NCBI GenBank assembly: GCA_013334825.1
Contig: JAAXWR010000001.1
Coordinates: 11,769-75,768 of the forward strand
Direction: 5' to 3'
Source: Candidatus Yonathbacteria bacterium
Lineage (GTDB): Bacteria > Patescibacteriota > Minisyncoccia > Phycocordibacterales > JACNGX01
DNA: 64,000 nt
Below, piece by piece: positions 54,027-64,000 of the stretch (position 1 is its first letter; each line of letters opens with the position of its first letter). Made by a program: the position numbers and the translations under genes. The notes below the pieces were generated by a model. The model saw nothing but the letters and a program-made list of their open reading frames with translations. It was not told where the DNA came from and made no database searches.

Positions 54027-54131
54027 CCGAGCACCACTTTTGCTAAAGATGTGTTTATTCGAAATGTTATTGTGAGAAATTACAATATGTTTTTGTATTG
54101 AAATAACATCAGAAGTAAAAGTGGTGCTCGG
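54027..54131 (+). other. 23S IVS 2 at the helix-25 site, ORF-less
   Basis: 'ccgagcaccacttttgc' ... 'agtaaaagtggtgctcgg', inserted between UACAAG..GGAGC and GUGAC. This is a classic IVS site. Confidence 0.75.
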
Positions 54132-54744
54132 TGACGGCGTGCCTATTGAAGAATGAGCCAACGAGTTGATGTATGCGGCTTGGCTAAGTCCTTGTCGGAC
54201 GGAGCCGTAGGGAAACCAAGTGTGAATAGCGCGTATTTGGTCGTATACATCAGACCCGAAGCCAGATGAGCTTGCCATGAGCAGGGTGAACGCAACGGAG
54301 ACGTTGCGGGAGGCCCGAACCAGTTGGTCGTGCAATTCCATTGGATGACTTGTGGTAAGGAGTGAAAAGCTAATCGAATCTGGTAATAGCTGGTTCTCTC
54401 CGAAACAGCTTTAGGGTTGGCGTCGCGTGATCCTTCCGGGGGTAGAGCACTGGAAGGAACAAACAGGGGGAAACCTCGTTGTTCCTATCAAACTCCGAAT
54501 ACCGGAAATTATAGCGCGGCAGTTAGACTCCGGGGGCGAAGCTCCGGTGGTCGAAAGGGAAACAGCCCAGATCGCAATCTAAGGTCCCTAAATCTATACT
54601 CAGTACACTTAAGGAGGTGAAATTTCTCAGACAATGAGGAGGTTGGCTTAGAAGCAGCCATCCTTTAAAGAAAGCGTAACAGCTCACTCATTCAGAGATC
54701 TTGCGCCGCAGATGATCGGGGTTAAGTATAGTACCGAAGGTGCG

Positions 54745-54846
54745 GGCCCAGCTCCACTTTTGTTTATGACTTGTTGTACATCATATCGTCTTCCAAGATG
54801 TTATATATGTATGAACAAAAAGTCATGAGTAAAAGTGGGGCTGGGC
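54745..54846 (+). other. 23S IVS 3 at the helix-45 site, ORF-less
   Basis: 'cccagctccacttttg' ... 'taaaagtggggctggg', inserted after GUACCGAAGGUGCGG. Confidence 0.7.
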
Positions 54847-55556
54847 GGTAGGAGAGCGTTCCTGTCCGCGATGAAGCCCAAGCGTGAGCTTTTGGGTGGA
54901 GCGTCAGGAAGTGAGAATGTTGGCACAAGTAACCGCAAGGAAGGTGAAATCCCTTCCCGCCGAAATACCGAGGTTTCCTTCGCAATGTTAATCAACGAAG
55001 GGTTAGTCGGGCCTAAGGAGATGGTGAAAACCGTATCCGATGGACACATGGTTAATATTCCATGACCCGCATGCGTTCCGATGGAGTGACGGAGCGTTGT
55101 ACTGTGAGCAAATAATCGGATTTTTGTCCGTGCCGTGAGGATGGTTCCATAGGTAAATCCGGGAACCGCTAGTCCAAGCGGAGCGGAAATTCTGCGGTTC
55201 GCCGTAGGAGATTCACAGGAGCACGCTTCCAAGAAAAACTTCTCAGGTTAAACGTATGCGGACCGTACCGCAAACCGACACAGGTGGTAGAGTCGAGAAG
55301 ACTAAGGCGAACGAGTGATAATTCCCCAAGGAACTCGGCAAAAAAGCAGCCGTAACTTCGGAATAAGGCTTTCCAGCTCTTTCTTCGGAAAGGGCTGGAT
55401 GCAGCGAAAGTATCTCTGGCGACTGTTTATCAAAAACACAGCTCCCTGCGAACTCGCAAGAGGATGTATAGGGGGTGACGCCTGACCAATGCCGGAAGGT
55501 CAAACATGGATGGTCCAAGGGACGCAAGTTTTTTGGGCTGGGCTATGTAAGCCCCG

Positions 55557-55607
<51 letters not shown>

Positions 55608-55920
55608 TGGTAAGTTCAGACCCGCACGAATGGCGCAACGATCAGAGAACTGTCTCGGGGAACAGCTCGGTGAAAATACAGTACCGGTGAAGATGCCGGT
55701 TACCTACAGCTAGACGAAAAGACCCCAGGAGCTTTACTGCAACTTCATATTGGGTATGTGCTCTTACTGCGTAGAATAGGTGGGAGGCTTTGAAGCGGTT
55801 CTTTTGGGAGCCGTGGAGCCGACAGTGAAATACCACTCTGTAAGGGGGCATATTCTAACCCGTACGGCAAAACCGTGCGGAGACAGTGTGTGGTGGGTAG
55901 TTTGAGTGGGGCGCTCTCCT

Positions 55921-56288
55921 TCGGGATGGCATATGTGTAAACATATGGTATCCCGAAACAGGAGCGCCTCCGAGGTATCATCCGGTACCTGAAACAAATA
56001 AATGAGGGGGACGCCATACGGTAACGTATGTGTCGTGAACCAAGCTATATGCCGGAATATCCGAGTATCTTTTGTGTCGTTCTTCTCATTATGAAGAGAA
56101 CGGAACAGTACAAAAGTGCGGACAATCGGCAGGGAAGATGTATATGACAACATGTCTACATCCCCTCAGAGGCCATACGCTTGGATTCCTTGTTAAACAA
56201 GGAATAAGAGATGGTCCGATCTTCATGGCGACATGGAGTGTATATCAACCCGTTGATATACGGCCACTATTCATACTAGTGGTACCAG
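55921..56288 (+). mobile_element. about 370-nt insertion in 23S domain V (between GGGGCG.UCUCC and CCUAAA..UAACGGAGGAG), possible ORF-less group I intron
   Basis: The flanking exon sequence is continuous with the canonical 23S. The insert ends in G. No credible ORF. Confidence 0.45.
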
Positions 56289-56624
56289 TATGCCTAAACT
56301 GTAACGGAGGAGTCTAAAGGTTGGCTAGGCGCGAATGGACACCGTGCCGATAGTGTAATGGCACAAGCCAGCTTGATTGCGAGGCGTACATGCCGAGCAG
56401 GTGCGAAAGCAGAGCATAGTGAACCGATGGTTCGCTTTAGACGCGGCCAGAGATTAACGGATAAAAGCTACCCTGGGGATAACAGGCTAGTTCCGCCTAA
56501 GCGTTCAGAGCGACGGCGGAGTTCGGCACCTCGATGTCGGCTCAACTTATCCCGGGGCTGGAGAAGGTCCCAAGGGTTTGGCTGTTCGCCAATTAAAAAG
56601 TTACGCGAGCTGGGTTCAGACCGT

Positions 56625-56975
56625 TCAGGGGCGTATGATATGCGTATGCATGTCATAGGCCTCTGAACCAATCTGAACCCGAGGAAGACATCAATACGGC
56701 GGCATCATATAGCAATATATGATGAGAAGTTAACTGATATCGGTGAAATCCTTTTCACATGACCAGAAAAGGACAATACCGAGGGAATTATATTGTTTAC
56801 AATATATGCCCGTAGAGACTGCACGTTAACCGCCCAGCTTCATTTTTATCGCAAGGTGAGAGTGAATAAACCATGTTAAAAAGTGGTGCTGGGATGAAGA
56901 TATAGTCCGATCCCGTTGGTAACAGCGGTGTCATTCATAAAATCATATAAAGTATCTATGAATGGCTACATCATG
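56625..56975 (+). mobile_element. about 350-nt insertion at the L2593 (I-CreI-type) site of 23S, probable ORF-less group I intron
   Basis: 5' exon '...gggttcagaccgT', then the insert, which ends in G, then 3' exon 'cgtaagacaggttggtctcctatctgc' (= CGUGAGACAGUUCGGUCCCUAUCUGC). The upstream exon nucleotide is U and the terminal nucleotide is G, consistent with group I. Confidence 0.5.
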
Positions 56976-57412
56976 CGTAAGACAGGTTGGTCTCCTATCT
57001 GCTGTAGGCGTTGATTCTTGAGAAGATCCGTTCGTAGTACGAGAGGACCCGAATGGACTAACCTCTGGTGTACCGGTTGTTCCGCCAGGAGCACGGCCGG
57101 GTAGCTATGTTGGGAATGGATAACCTCTGAAAGCATCTAAGAGGGAAGCCAACTTCAAGATGAGGAATCGTTTGAAACTCCTCAGAGATGATGAGGTTGA
57201 TAGGCACCAGGTGGAAGCGCAGTGATGCGTTGAGCCGAGGTGTACTAATGCGTTGACGCGTTTCTTCTTGCGCCAAGCGCGGTTTGATGCCGCGCGGCGT
57301 GTTGCAAGCACTCTTTTTGTTCGGGAAATGCCGGCGTATGCCGCGTTTCCCAGACGTTGATTTTTTGATATCTTTTTCAGGGCACTTACGATTATTATAT
57401 AGTCGCATGTTG

Positions 57413-57526
57413 TGTTCCGGTGATTCGTCGGAGGGGTCACACCCGGTCTCATTCCGAACCCGGCAGTTAAGCTCTCTTGAGGCGATGATACTCCTTCGGG
57501 GGGAAAGTAGCTCGTCGCCGGAACAC
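57413..57526 (+). rRNA. rrf: 5S ribosomal RNA
   Basis: 'gttccggtgattcgtcggaggggtcacacccggtctcattccgaacccggcagttaagc...gtcgccggaac' with a terminal helix and the loop C/E pattern. Confidence 0.8.
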
Positions 57527-57537
57527 ACTATACGACA

Positions 57538-57578
57538 CAAAAAACAGTTCGCGTTACGTGGACTGTTTTTTGTTTTTA
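57538..57578 (+). terminator. rho-independent terminator after 5S
   Basis: AAAAAACAGT-TCGCGTTACGTGG-ACTGTTTTTTGTTTTT. Confidence 0.65.
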
Positions 57579-57618
57579 GAGTCTTTCTCGTAGATACATG
57601 GTATAATATAGGGCATAT

Positions 57619-58404
57619 ATGTCATCATGGTCTGGAAAAAGAAGATCGATGTATCTCCTTGTTGCGGTGGGTATAGTTATTGCGGCAGTATCAATACCAA
57701 TCTTTTTATATGTGAATCGTCCTGAAACATGTACAGATGGTTTGAAAAATCAAAATGAAGAAAATGTAGATTGTGGAGGTGTGTGTACCGCAGTGTGTCA
57801 GACGGGGTCGCGAAGTCTCGTTGTTGATTGGGCGAGAGCGTTTAAAGTTGGTGATGGATTGTATGACCTTGGTGCACTCATTGAAAATGCCGATGTGGAA
57901 ACAGGTGCGAAAGAAGCGGTGTATCATTTTAAATTATACGATGATATGAATGTCCTCGTTGCGGAACGTTTTGGCAAGACGTTCGTTCTTCCGGGAAGCA
58001 AATGGGTTATCTTTGAGGGAAATATTAATACAGGAGAACGAACACCGCGTCACGCTTTTATTGAATTTTCTGATACTATTGCATGGATGCGTGTCGATAC
58101 GTCAGCCCCGTCTGTTCCTGATGTAGGTGTTCGTGATCAAGTATATATCGAACGAGAAGGGAAGCCCCGCCTCACTGCAACATTGGTAAATCGTTCGCCG
58201 TTTCCTGTAGAAAATATTGAAGTTGTTGCACTTTTGTCAGGAGCAGATGATACAGCGATAGGAGTAAGCCGAACGATTATTCCTCGTCTCGAGAAATATG
58301 GTTCCGTTGAACTCGTATTTACCTGGAGGGGAACATTCGACACTACCCCGGTAAAAATAGATATTATTCCGCGTGTCAATTATATTGCATCACCGGCACA
58401 ATAA
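57619..58404 (+). CDS. hypothetical membrane-anchored protein with Cys-rich juxtamembrane motif
   Basis: N-terminal TM helix, then 'CTDGLKNQNEENVDCGGVCTAVC', then a beta-rich domain. Confidence 0.5.
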   Translation: MSSWSGKRRSMYLLVAVGIVIAAVSIPIFLYVNRPETCTDGLKNQNEENVDCGGVCTAVCQTGSRSLVVDWARAFKVGDGLYDLGALIENADVETGAKEAVYHFKLYDDMNVLVAERFGKTFVLPGSKWVIFEGNINTGERTPRHAFIEFSDTIAWMRVDTSAPSVPDVGVRDQVYIEREGKPRLTATLVNRSPFPVENIEVVALLSGADDTAIGVSRTIIPRLEKYGSVELVFTWRGTFDTTPVKIDIIPRVNYIASPAQ

Positions 58405-59551
58405 ATGTATGTTTGGAAAAGATATACGACATATGTATGACTGGCCACTTCTGGGCGCAATGTTAGGGCTTTTTTCTATGGGGCTGGTGACGATGTATGG
58501 GTTTACAGGAGAAAGTGCTTTTTTTATGAGACAACTCATTTGGGTTATCGTCGGATTTATTGCGTGCTTTATAACTGCATCGGTTGATGTACGTTTTCTC
58601 AAAAAGACAAGCATTCTCGTCGGACTTTTTTTGTTTTTTAATGTCATCTTTATATTGCTTCTTGCATTCGGTGTTGCGACAAAAGGAGCGCAGAGCTGGC
58701 TTTCATTTGGTGGACTTGGCATACAGCCCGCAGATCCGATGAAGCTTGTTCTTATTCTCATGTTTGCGAAATATTTTTCTCGTAGACATGTTGAAATCGC
58801 CCACATCAGACATATTTTAGTTTCGGGATTGTATGTACTGGTTCCTTTTCTTCTCGTGTTTTTACAACCGGACTTTGGCTCGGCAATCATCTTTTTTGCA
58901 ATATGGTTTGGTATGGTTGTAGTATCGGGTATCTCTAAAAAACATTTATTTGCAGTTCTTGGTCTGGGTATCGTGTCATTCGCGATATTGTGGCAATTTG
59001 TATTTTTGCCACACCAAAAAGAACGTATAATGACGTTTCTCCATCCGCTTACGGACATTCAAGGAGCAGGATACAATGCATTCCAGTCTACGGTGGCAGT
59101 TGGTTCAGGACAATTTCTAGGAAAAGGAATTGGTTATGGAACACAATCACGATTGGAGTTTCTTCCTGAATATGAGACAGACTTTATTTTTGCCGCATTT
59201 GCTGAAGAGTGGGGTTTTGTCGGATCACTTCTTTTGTTCGGATTGTTTGCTGTTGTGTTTGGGCGTATTATCAGTATCGCGTCGCGTGGAGCAGGAAATT
59301 TTGAAACATTATATGGACTCGGGTTGGTTGTGTTTTTGGGAAGTCATGTGATAGTGCATGTAGGTATGAATATTGGATTATTGCCAGTGACGGGGTTGCC
59401 GCTTCCTTTTGTGTCGTATGGAGGTTCACATGTATTGACTGAATGTGTTGGTGTGGGAATATTACTTGCTCAAAAGAAATATGCGCGAGCGGCTCACAAA
59501 GACGCATTATCGAGAGAAATCGTCGGAGTAGGGGATGCCCCCATTATGTAG
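58373..59551 (+). CDS. SEDS family peptidoglycan glycosyltransferase (RodA/FtsW)
   Basis: 'GAQSWLSFGGLGIQPADPMKL', 'LPEYETDFIFAAFAEEWGFVG' and 'LPFVSYGGS' are SEDS signatures. The start is probably at M-9 (58397) or M-17 (58421). Confidence 0.85.
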   Translation: MSIILHHRHNKCMFGKDIRHMYDWPLLGAMLGLFSMGLVTMYGFTGESAFFMRQLIWVIVGFIACFITASVDVRFLKKTSILVGLFLFFNVIFILLLAFGVATKGAQSWLSFGGLGIQPADPMKLVLILMFAKYFSRRHVEIAHIRHILVSGLYVLVPFLLVFLQPDFGSAIIFFAIWFGMVVVSGISKKHLFAVLGLGIVSFAILWQFVFLPHQKERIMTFLHPLTDIQGAGYNAFQSTVAVGSGQFLGKGIGYGTQSRLEFLPEYETDFIFAAFAEEWGFVGSLLLFGLFAVVFGRIISIASRGAGNFETLYGLGLVVFLGSHVIVHVGMNIGLLPVTGLPLPFVSYGGSHVLTECVGVGILLAQKKYARAAHKDALSREIVGVGDAPIM

Positions 59552-59767
59552 TGGTATTGAAAAACCCTTATATTGCAACATATATAAAGCACTTGCTTTT
59601 TTTGTCTTTTTCTGCTATAATACTGATGTGAGTGCTGTAAAGGCGCTTCCAAAAACAACGAATGTCTGCGTAAGTCCCGCCCTTGTGGCGGGATTTGCGT
59701 GTTTGTGTTTTTTGTTTTTCTGGTGGATATAGACATATCCGTCAATATTGATTGACAGGCATTTGGG

Positions 59768-61189
59768 GTGTATACTCTCGGCTATATGTGGAAAACTCGT
59801 ATCGCCGCACTTTTTATTCTTCTTGCCGGGTCGGCTCTTGGCTATGTTGTATATTCATCAGAAATCAATCCAGAGAGTACATTTCCGTTTCGTTACGGTC
59901 TTGATCTTTCAGGTGGCACGCACTTGACCTATACCGCGGATGTCTCCGCCGTAACGCCAGGTGAAGAAACGGTTGCTATGGATTCACTTCGTGATGTTAT
60001 TGAACGTCGCGTCAATCTCTTTGGGGTCTCTGAACCGATTGTTCAGACTGAACGGGGGAGTATGCTTGCGGGTACCGCCGATGATTATCGTCTCGTTGTT
60101 GAGTTGCCAGGTATTACCGATGTTGATGCGGCAGTCGACATGATTGGGCAGACGCCATTTCTTGATTTTCGTTTGGAGCAAGCAAACACAGAAGCGATTA
60201 TTAATGCAAAAATTGCGGCGCAACAGACACTCCAAGAAGGAGGTGCCATCGCTTCGGTTGACCCGCTTGCATTCGAGGAGCCGTACGCTGATACTGGTTT
60301 GACGGGTCGCTATGTAGAGCGCGCACAACTTGAATTTGACCCAACGACAGGTGAACCGGTTGTGAGTCTCAAGTTTAACGCGGAGGGGTCTACTCTTTTT
60401 GCTACGATTACGCGCGAAAATACAGGGAAGGCGCTTGCTATCTATCTCGACGGGTCACCTATTTCTACTCCCGTGATTCGTGAAGAAATTACGGGTGGAA
60501 GTGCGCAGATTTCAGGTTCAATGAATCCAGAAGAAGCAAAACTTCTTGTGGGACGTCTCAATTCTGGTGCATTGCCTGTACCTATTACGCTTGCATCAAC
60601 ACAATCCGTAGGCCCATCGCTCGGTATGGAAGCACGTGATGCGGGTGTCTTCGCGGGGATTATCGGACTTCTCGCAGTTATTGCGTTTATGATTCTTTGG
60701 TACCGTTTGCCCGGATTTGTCGCAGCGATTGCTCTCGTTTTGTATACCGTTGTGATGCTTGCCGTCTTTAAATTTGTTCCCGTCACCCTTACTGCTGCGG
60801 GTATCGCTGGATTTATTCTCTCTGTTGGTATGGCAGTCGATGCGAATATTCTTATCTTTGAACGCATGAAGGAAGAACTCCGTCGCTCGCATGCATTCAA
60901 CGATGGTCGGGGAGAAGATGTGATGCTTGATGCCGCGGTGAAAGAAGGATTCGCTCGCGCATGGACATCTATTCGTGATGGTAATATCTCGAGTATGATT
61001 ACCGCAGTGATTCTCTTTTGGTTCGGGACGTCAATGGTCCAAGGGTTCGCGCTTACGTTTGGACTCGGGGTACTTTTCTCTATGATTTCAGCCATTAGTG
61101 TCTCGCGCACGCTCCTTGTGTCCATTGCTCCGCGTCTTCACAAAGGAGCTGCACGTTTTCTCTTTAATAGTGGTTTGTCGCTCCGTTAA
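59768..61189 (+). CDS. secD: protein translocase subunit SecD
   Basis: 'YGLDLSGGTHLTY' and the periplasmic domain. 'VGPSLG' and six C-terminal TM helices. Confidence 0.9.
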   Translation: MYTLGYMWKTRIAALFILLAGSALGYVVYSSEINPESTFPFRYGLDLSGGTHLTYTADVSAVTPGEETVAMDSLRDVIERRVNLFGVSEPIVQTERGSMLAGTADDYRLVVELPGITDVDAAVDMIGQTPFLDFRLEQANTEAIINAKIAAQQTLQEGGAIASVDPLAFEEPYADTGLTGRYVERAQLEFDPTTGEPVVSLKFNAEGSTLFATITRENTGKALAIYLDGSPISTPVIREEITGGSAQISGSMNPEEAKLLVGRLNSGALPVPITLASTQSVGPSLGMEARDAGVFAGIIGLLAVIAFMILWYRLPGFVAAIALVLYTVVMLAVFKFVPVTLTAAGIAGFILSVGMAVDANILIFERMKEELRRSHAFNDGRGEDVMLDAAVKEGFARAWTSIRDGNISSMITAVILFWFGTSMVQGFALTFGLGVLFSMISAISVSRTLLVSIAPRLHKGAARFLFNSGLSLR

Positions 61190-61213
61190 TCGACGTTCAT
61201 TTTCTCCATCATC

Positions 61214-62143
61214 ATGTTTATTATTTCATACAAACATATCTTCTTTTCGCTCTCGACTCTTTTTGTTGTCGCGGCAATAGGATCGATTGCGTATTTTGGT
61301 TTGCGTCCAGGTATCGATTTCGCGGGAGGAAGCGTTACGGAAGTTCGATATACTGATACGCGTCCTGAAACATCCGTCCTTGTTACCTCACTTGAAACAG
61401 CAGGTTTTACCGGTGCAGTCGTGCGCGATATTGGCAATAATGCAGTATCTGTTCGCACAACGCATGTGACTGATGAAGATGAACATAGCAAGCTCGAAAA
61501 AGCACTTTCACTTAACGGCTCGGTTTCATATGAAGAGACAAACTTTTCCTTTGTTGGTCCTGTTGTTGGTCAAGAGCTTCGTCAAAAGGCATGGATTGCT
61601 ATTATGGCAGTCATTGTAGCAATCATTTTGTTTATTGCATTCGCGTTCCGTCAGGTCTCCAAACCAGTCTCCTCGTGGGTGTATGGAGGTGTTGCCATTG
61701 TTGCGCTCATTCATGATGTCATCGTCCCCACAGGGGCATTTGCAGCGATGGGGGCACTGTTCCCCGGGTATGAACTTGATGTACTTTTTGTGACGGCACT
61801 TCTTTCAATTCTTGGTTTTTCTATTCACGATACCATTGTCATTTTTGATCGTGTGCGTGAAAATCTCAAAAGAGATAATCGTGAACATACAGGAAAGAGT
61901 TTTGCGGAAACTGTTGCCTTGAGTTTGAAAGAAACTATGACACGATCTATCAATACATCACTCACTGTTCTTATTGTCATTGCGGCGCTCTATTTCTTTG
62001 GAGGCGCAGCGACCAAGCCGTTTGCCTTTACATTGTTTGTGGGTATCATCGCGGGAACGTATTCATCAGTATTCCTCGCCGCACCACTTTTGGTGACGAT
62101 TAATGATATGCAGGAGAGAAAGATGACGACAAAAAAACGATAA
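61214..62143 (+). CDS. secF: protein translocase subunit SecF
   Basis: 'GIDFAGGSVTEVRY' and 'VGPVVGQELRQKA' are SecF motifs. Follows secD. Confidence 0.9.
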   Translation: MFIISYKHIFFSLSTLFVVAAIGSIAYFGLRPGIDFAGGSVTEVRYTDTRPETSVLVTSLETAGFTGAVVRDIGNNAVSVRTTHVTDEDEHSKLEKALSLNGSVSYEETNFSFVGPVVGQELRQKAWIAIMAVIVAIILFIAFAFRQVSKPVSSWVYGGVAIVALIHDVIVPTGAFAAMGALFPGYELDVLFVTALLSILGFSIHDTIVIFDRVRENLKRDNREHTGKSFAETVALSLKETMTRSINTSLTVLIVIAALYFFGGAATKPFAFTLFVGIIAGTYSSVFLAAPLLVTINDMQERKMTTKKR

Positions 62144-62240
62144 ACGGTAAACTATAAAAACGATAAACTACAAAACGAGAATTATGAAGCAAGAAAAAAT
62201 GGTAAACTATGAAAGAGATAGATAACATTATTTCTTATCT

Positions 62241-62825
62241 ATGGAGCAGATTCCAGAACATCTCAATACTCCTGAACATCTTACCTTTCATAAAGAAACA
62301 GGATGTTTATTGCTTGATATCAATCAAGATATCTTTTCTTCTGAACGAAATATTCTCGAAGGTATCGCTTCTGAGTATGGGCTTGTACCGAAAGAAGATT
62401 TGCATATCACTGTTATTGGAAACCAAAATGGTCAAAAAATAATGAGCATCTTGAATAAAAAACCAGAACATGAAAAAGATGCACTTCTTGAAGAGATGCA
62501 TGTTGTAGCAGAACAAACGGATTGGAGTTTTTCCCTTCTTCCCACTGATGTATATCGTGTGGAAAAGGGGTATGCCTATAAAGATCCAGAAACAAAAGAA
62601 CCAAAAAAAGAACATCGTATTGCAATTGTTCAAGCAGTCTCTGTTCCTGGTGTCGATTCTTTTTTCAAAAAGTTGAATGATATGTTGGGAACTGAAATGG
62701 CTCCGCAACCCATGCATGTTACCTTGTACACAGGTGGTACCGACCCTGAACGTTCAAAGAAAGGTATCGGCGTCAATTCAATAGAGGAATTTTTTGCACT
62801 GCGCCCAGCACAGATATTGGTGTAG
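62241..62825 (+). CDS. 2H phosphoesterase superfamily protein (LigT/2'-5' RNA ligase-like)
   Basis: Two H-x-T-x motifs, 'LHITVIG' and 'MHVTLYT', spaced as in 2H enzymes. Confidence 0.55.
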   Translation: MEQIPEHLNTPEHLTFHKETGCLLLDINQDIFSSERNILEGIASEYGLVPKEDLHITVIGNQNGQKIMSILNKKPEHEKDALLEEMHVVAEQTDWSFSLLPTDVYRVEKGYAYKDPETKEPKKEHRIAIVQAVSVPGVDSFFKKLNDMLGTEMAPQPMHVTLYTGGTDPERSKKGIGVNSIEEFFALRPAQILV

Positions 62826-62924
62826 GGGTATTCTTTTTAAGAGGAGATAAACTGTCAAGAAATTAGAAAATAAAAAAGCTCCACGGAAGGAGCTTTGTAG
62901 TTCGGAAATGTTTTTTGTTTCAAT

Positions 62925-63440
62925 TCAGTACCATCCCCATATTCGTGACTCCTCTTGTGCTCTCTCCATTGCCTCTTTCGTATTCTTTGTCATACGGAGT
63001 TCAATGCATTTGAGGATTGTTTCTTTTTCATAGAGTGGCATGAAAAGTCCAACCATTTCTTTCCAGTGACCACTGAGAAGATATCCTGAAACATGTTCTC
63101 TGATGGGAATATGTGTAATGGGGGTATCTCTATCCCATTGTCTGGCAACGACAATGACATCACCGGGGCGCATAGACATTGCCAGATATCCCTCTGTATC
63201 GAATATCCTCCCAGCGCGAAGCGCAAGCCATGCCATGTGTCTATCCCATTTTCGATCAGGACGTGAAATCTGGTGTATTGTCCCAGTTGTGTGTGCCTCT
63301 TCCATAAGCATACACATTTTTGTTGAGAGAGGTGAACTTTCATCCGTGACGAATCTTGTAAGATGGTCAGGATGACAAAATTCATCATAAAGATTCCAGA
63401 ATTTTGTACTACCGATTTGCGGAAGGATTTCTTTATCCAT
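62925..63440 (-). CDS. hypothetical protein
   Basis: 171 aa, soluble, no motif recognised. Confidence 0.4.
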   Translation of the reverse strand: MDKEILPQIGSTKFWNLYDEFCHPDHLTRFVTDESSPLSTKMCMLMEEAHTTGTIHQISRPDRKWDRHMAWLALRAGRIFDTEGYLAMSMRPGDVIVVARQWDRDTPITHIPIREHVSGYLLSGHWKEMVGLFMPLYEKETILKCIELRMTKNTKEAMERAQEESRIWGWY

Positions 63441-63762
63441 GATGTTGATTTTTTTGATTATTCAAATTTGTTTCCGTGTCGGATAATACCACAGATAATT
63501 GGATTATTCAATGATATAGATTTTGATAATGCGTGGAGTTTTTATCCATCACAAAATTACGTTTTTTTGATGCATCTGTTGTCTTTCCTAAATCGCTTGA
63601 CTCTGAACTCGACCTGTGTATAATAGGGTGACGCTCGAATACGGGCGGCTCTTTGACAAGAGAATAAGCCAACGTCTATTAAGTAGTAGAGACAAAGAAA
63701 TGCCCTTTCTTTTGTCTCGTTCGTGTGAGTGTATCGACTTCGGTCGACACATTCATTTTTAA

Positions 63763-64000
63763 CTAGAGTTTGATCCTAGCTCAGGATGAACGCTGGCGAC
63801 GTGGATAAGGCATGCAAGTCGAGTGGGTTTAGACCCACGGCAGACGAGGTAGTAACACGTAGGAACATTCCCCATAGTCGGGCATAATCCGGAGAAATCC
63901 GGAATAATTCTCGATGGTCCGAGCACCACTTTTGCTTATAACGTCATATCGCTCATTGATGAAAAATCAGTGAAGACCTGATGTGATGATATAAGTTGTG
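63763..64000 (+). rRNA. rrs: 16S ribosomal RNA, 5' part (continues beyond window), with an insertion starting about 63919
   Basis: 'AGAGTTTGATCCTAGCTCAGGATGAACGCTGGCG...' is the canonical 16S 5' end. At 63919 the 'cgagcaccacttttgc' stem motif of the 23S IVS recurs. Confidence 0.85.

Overview
This window looks like a small, low-GC genome of a Candidate Phyla Radiation / Patescibacteria-like bacterium. That placement is an inference from several things I can see: a 23S rRNA interrupted by several insertions, a 16S gene unlinked from 23S-5S, compact single-domain aminoacyl-tRNA synthetases, weak or absent Shine-Dalgarno sequences, and many surface-protein genes.

The housekeeping content is dense and mostly on the + strand:
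- 1-11 kb: ileS (3' part), a RecO-like gene, glyQS, an AI-2E family transporter, metG, a GxxExxY protein and a TatD nuclease.
- 22-24 kb: the rpsF-ssb-rpsR operon, interrupted by a four-helix-bundle gene.
- 24-33 kb, minus strand: murF, efp, recA and ftsK.
- 47.5-52.4 kb: rplJ-rplL, a DUF2207 protein and a TM-helix-repeat protein.
- 53.1-57.5 kb: a 23S-5S rRNA pair.
- 57.6-63.4 kb: rodA/ftsW, secD, secF and a 2H phosphoesterase.
- From 63.76 kb: the start of a 16S rRNA.

The accessory content is unusually rich. It comprises five groups:
1. A cell-surface locus (11.0-21.8 kb) built like the Gram-positive Csc/WxL cell-surface complex: a membrane-tethered HTH protein, two paralogous secreted proteins with a WxL-like C-terminus, a DUF916-like protein with a C-terminal anchor and an FN3-domain anchored protein. 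It ends in a 1958-aa tail-fibre-like giant protein with a phage-type intramolecular chaperone (S74-like) domain that is not at the C-terminus, and with GC-rich internal repeats.
2. A compositionally anomalous (GC-rich, codon-biased) S-layer-like gene (35.1-38.5 kb) with a peptidoglycan-binding domain, preceded by 1.3 kb of packed repeats.
3. A secreted LCAT-family lipase/phospholipase (39.8-43.2 kb) followed by three tandem paralogous 4-TM small proteins and by orphan duplicated copies of the lipase gene's 3' end. This has the layout of a polymorphic effector/immunity cassette.
4. A REP-associated tyrosine transposase (RAYT, 45.2-45.9 kb), preceded by a cluster of its putative cognate REP palindromes. 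The same palindrome is dispersed through the window, and a second palindrome family is also present.
5. A modular about 170-200 bp intergenic element (modules A, B, C and a GC palindrome) in at least 8 composite copies, almost all in the same orientation whatever the strand of the neighbouring genes.

The 23S rRNA carries three short insertions at classic intervening-sequence (IVS) sites. They share one stem sequence, and the first one encodes a GIY-YIG protein. It also carries two larger insertions of about 350-370 nt in domain V; one sits at the L2593 group I intron site. The 16S start carries yet another insertion with the same stem. I saw no tRNA genes and no CRISPR array.
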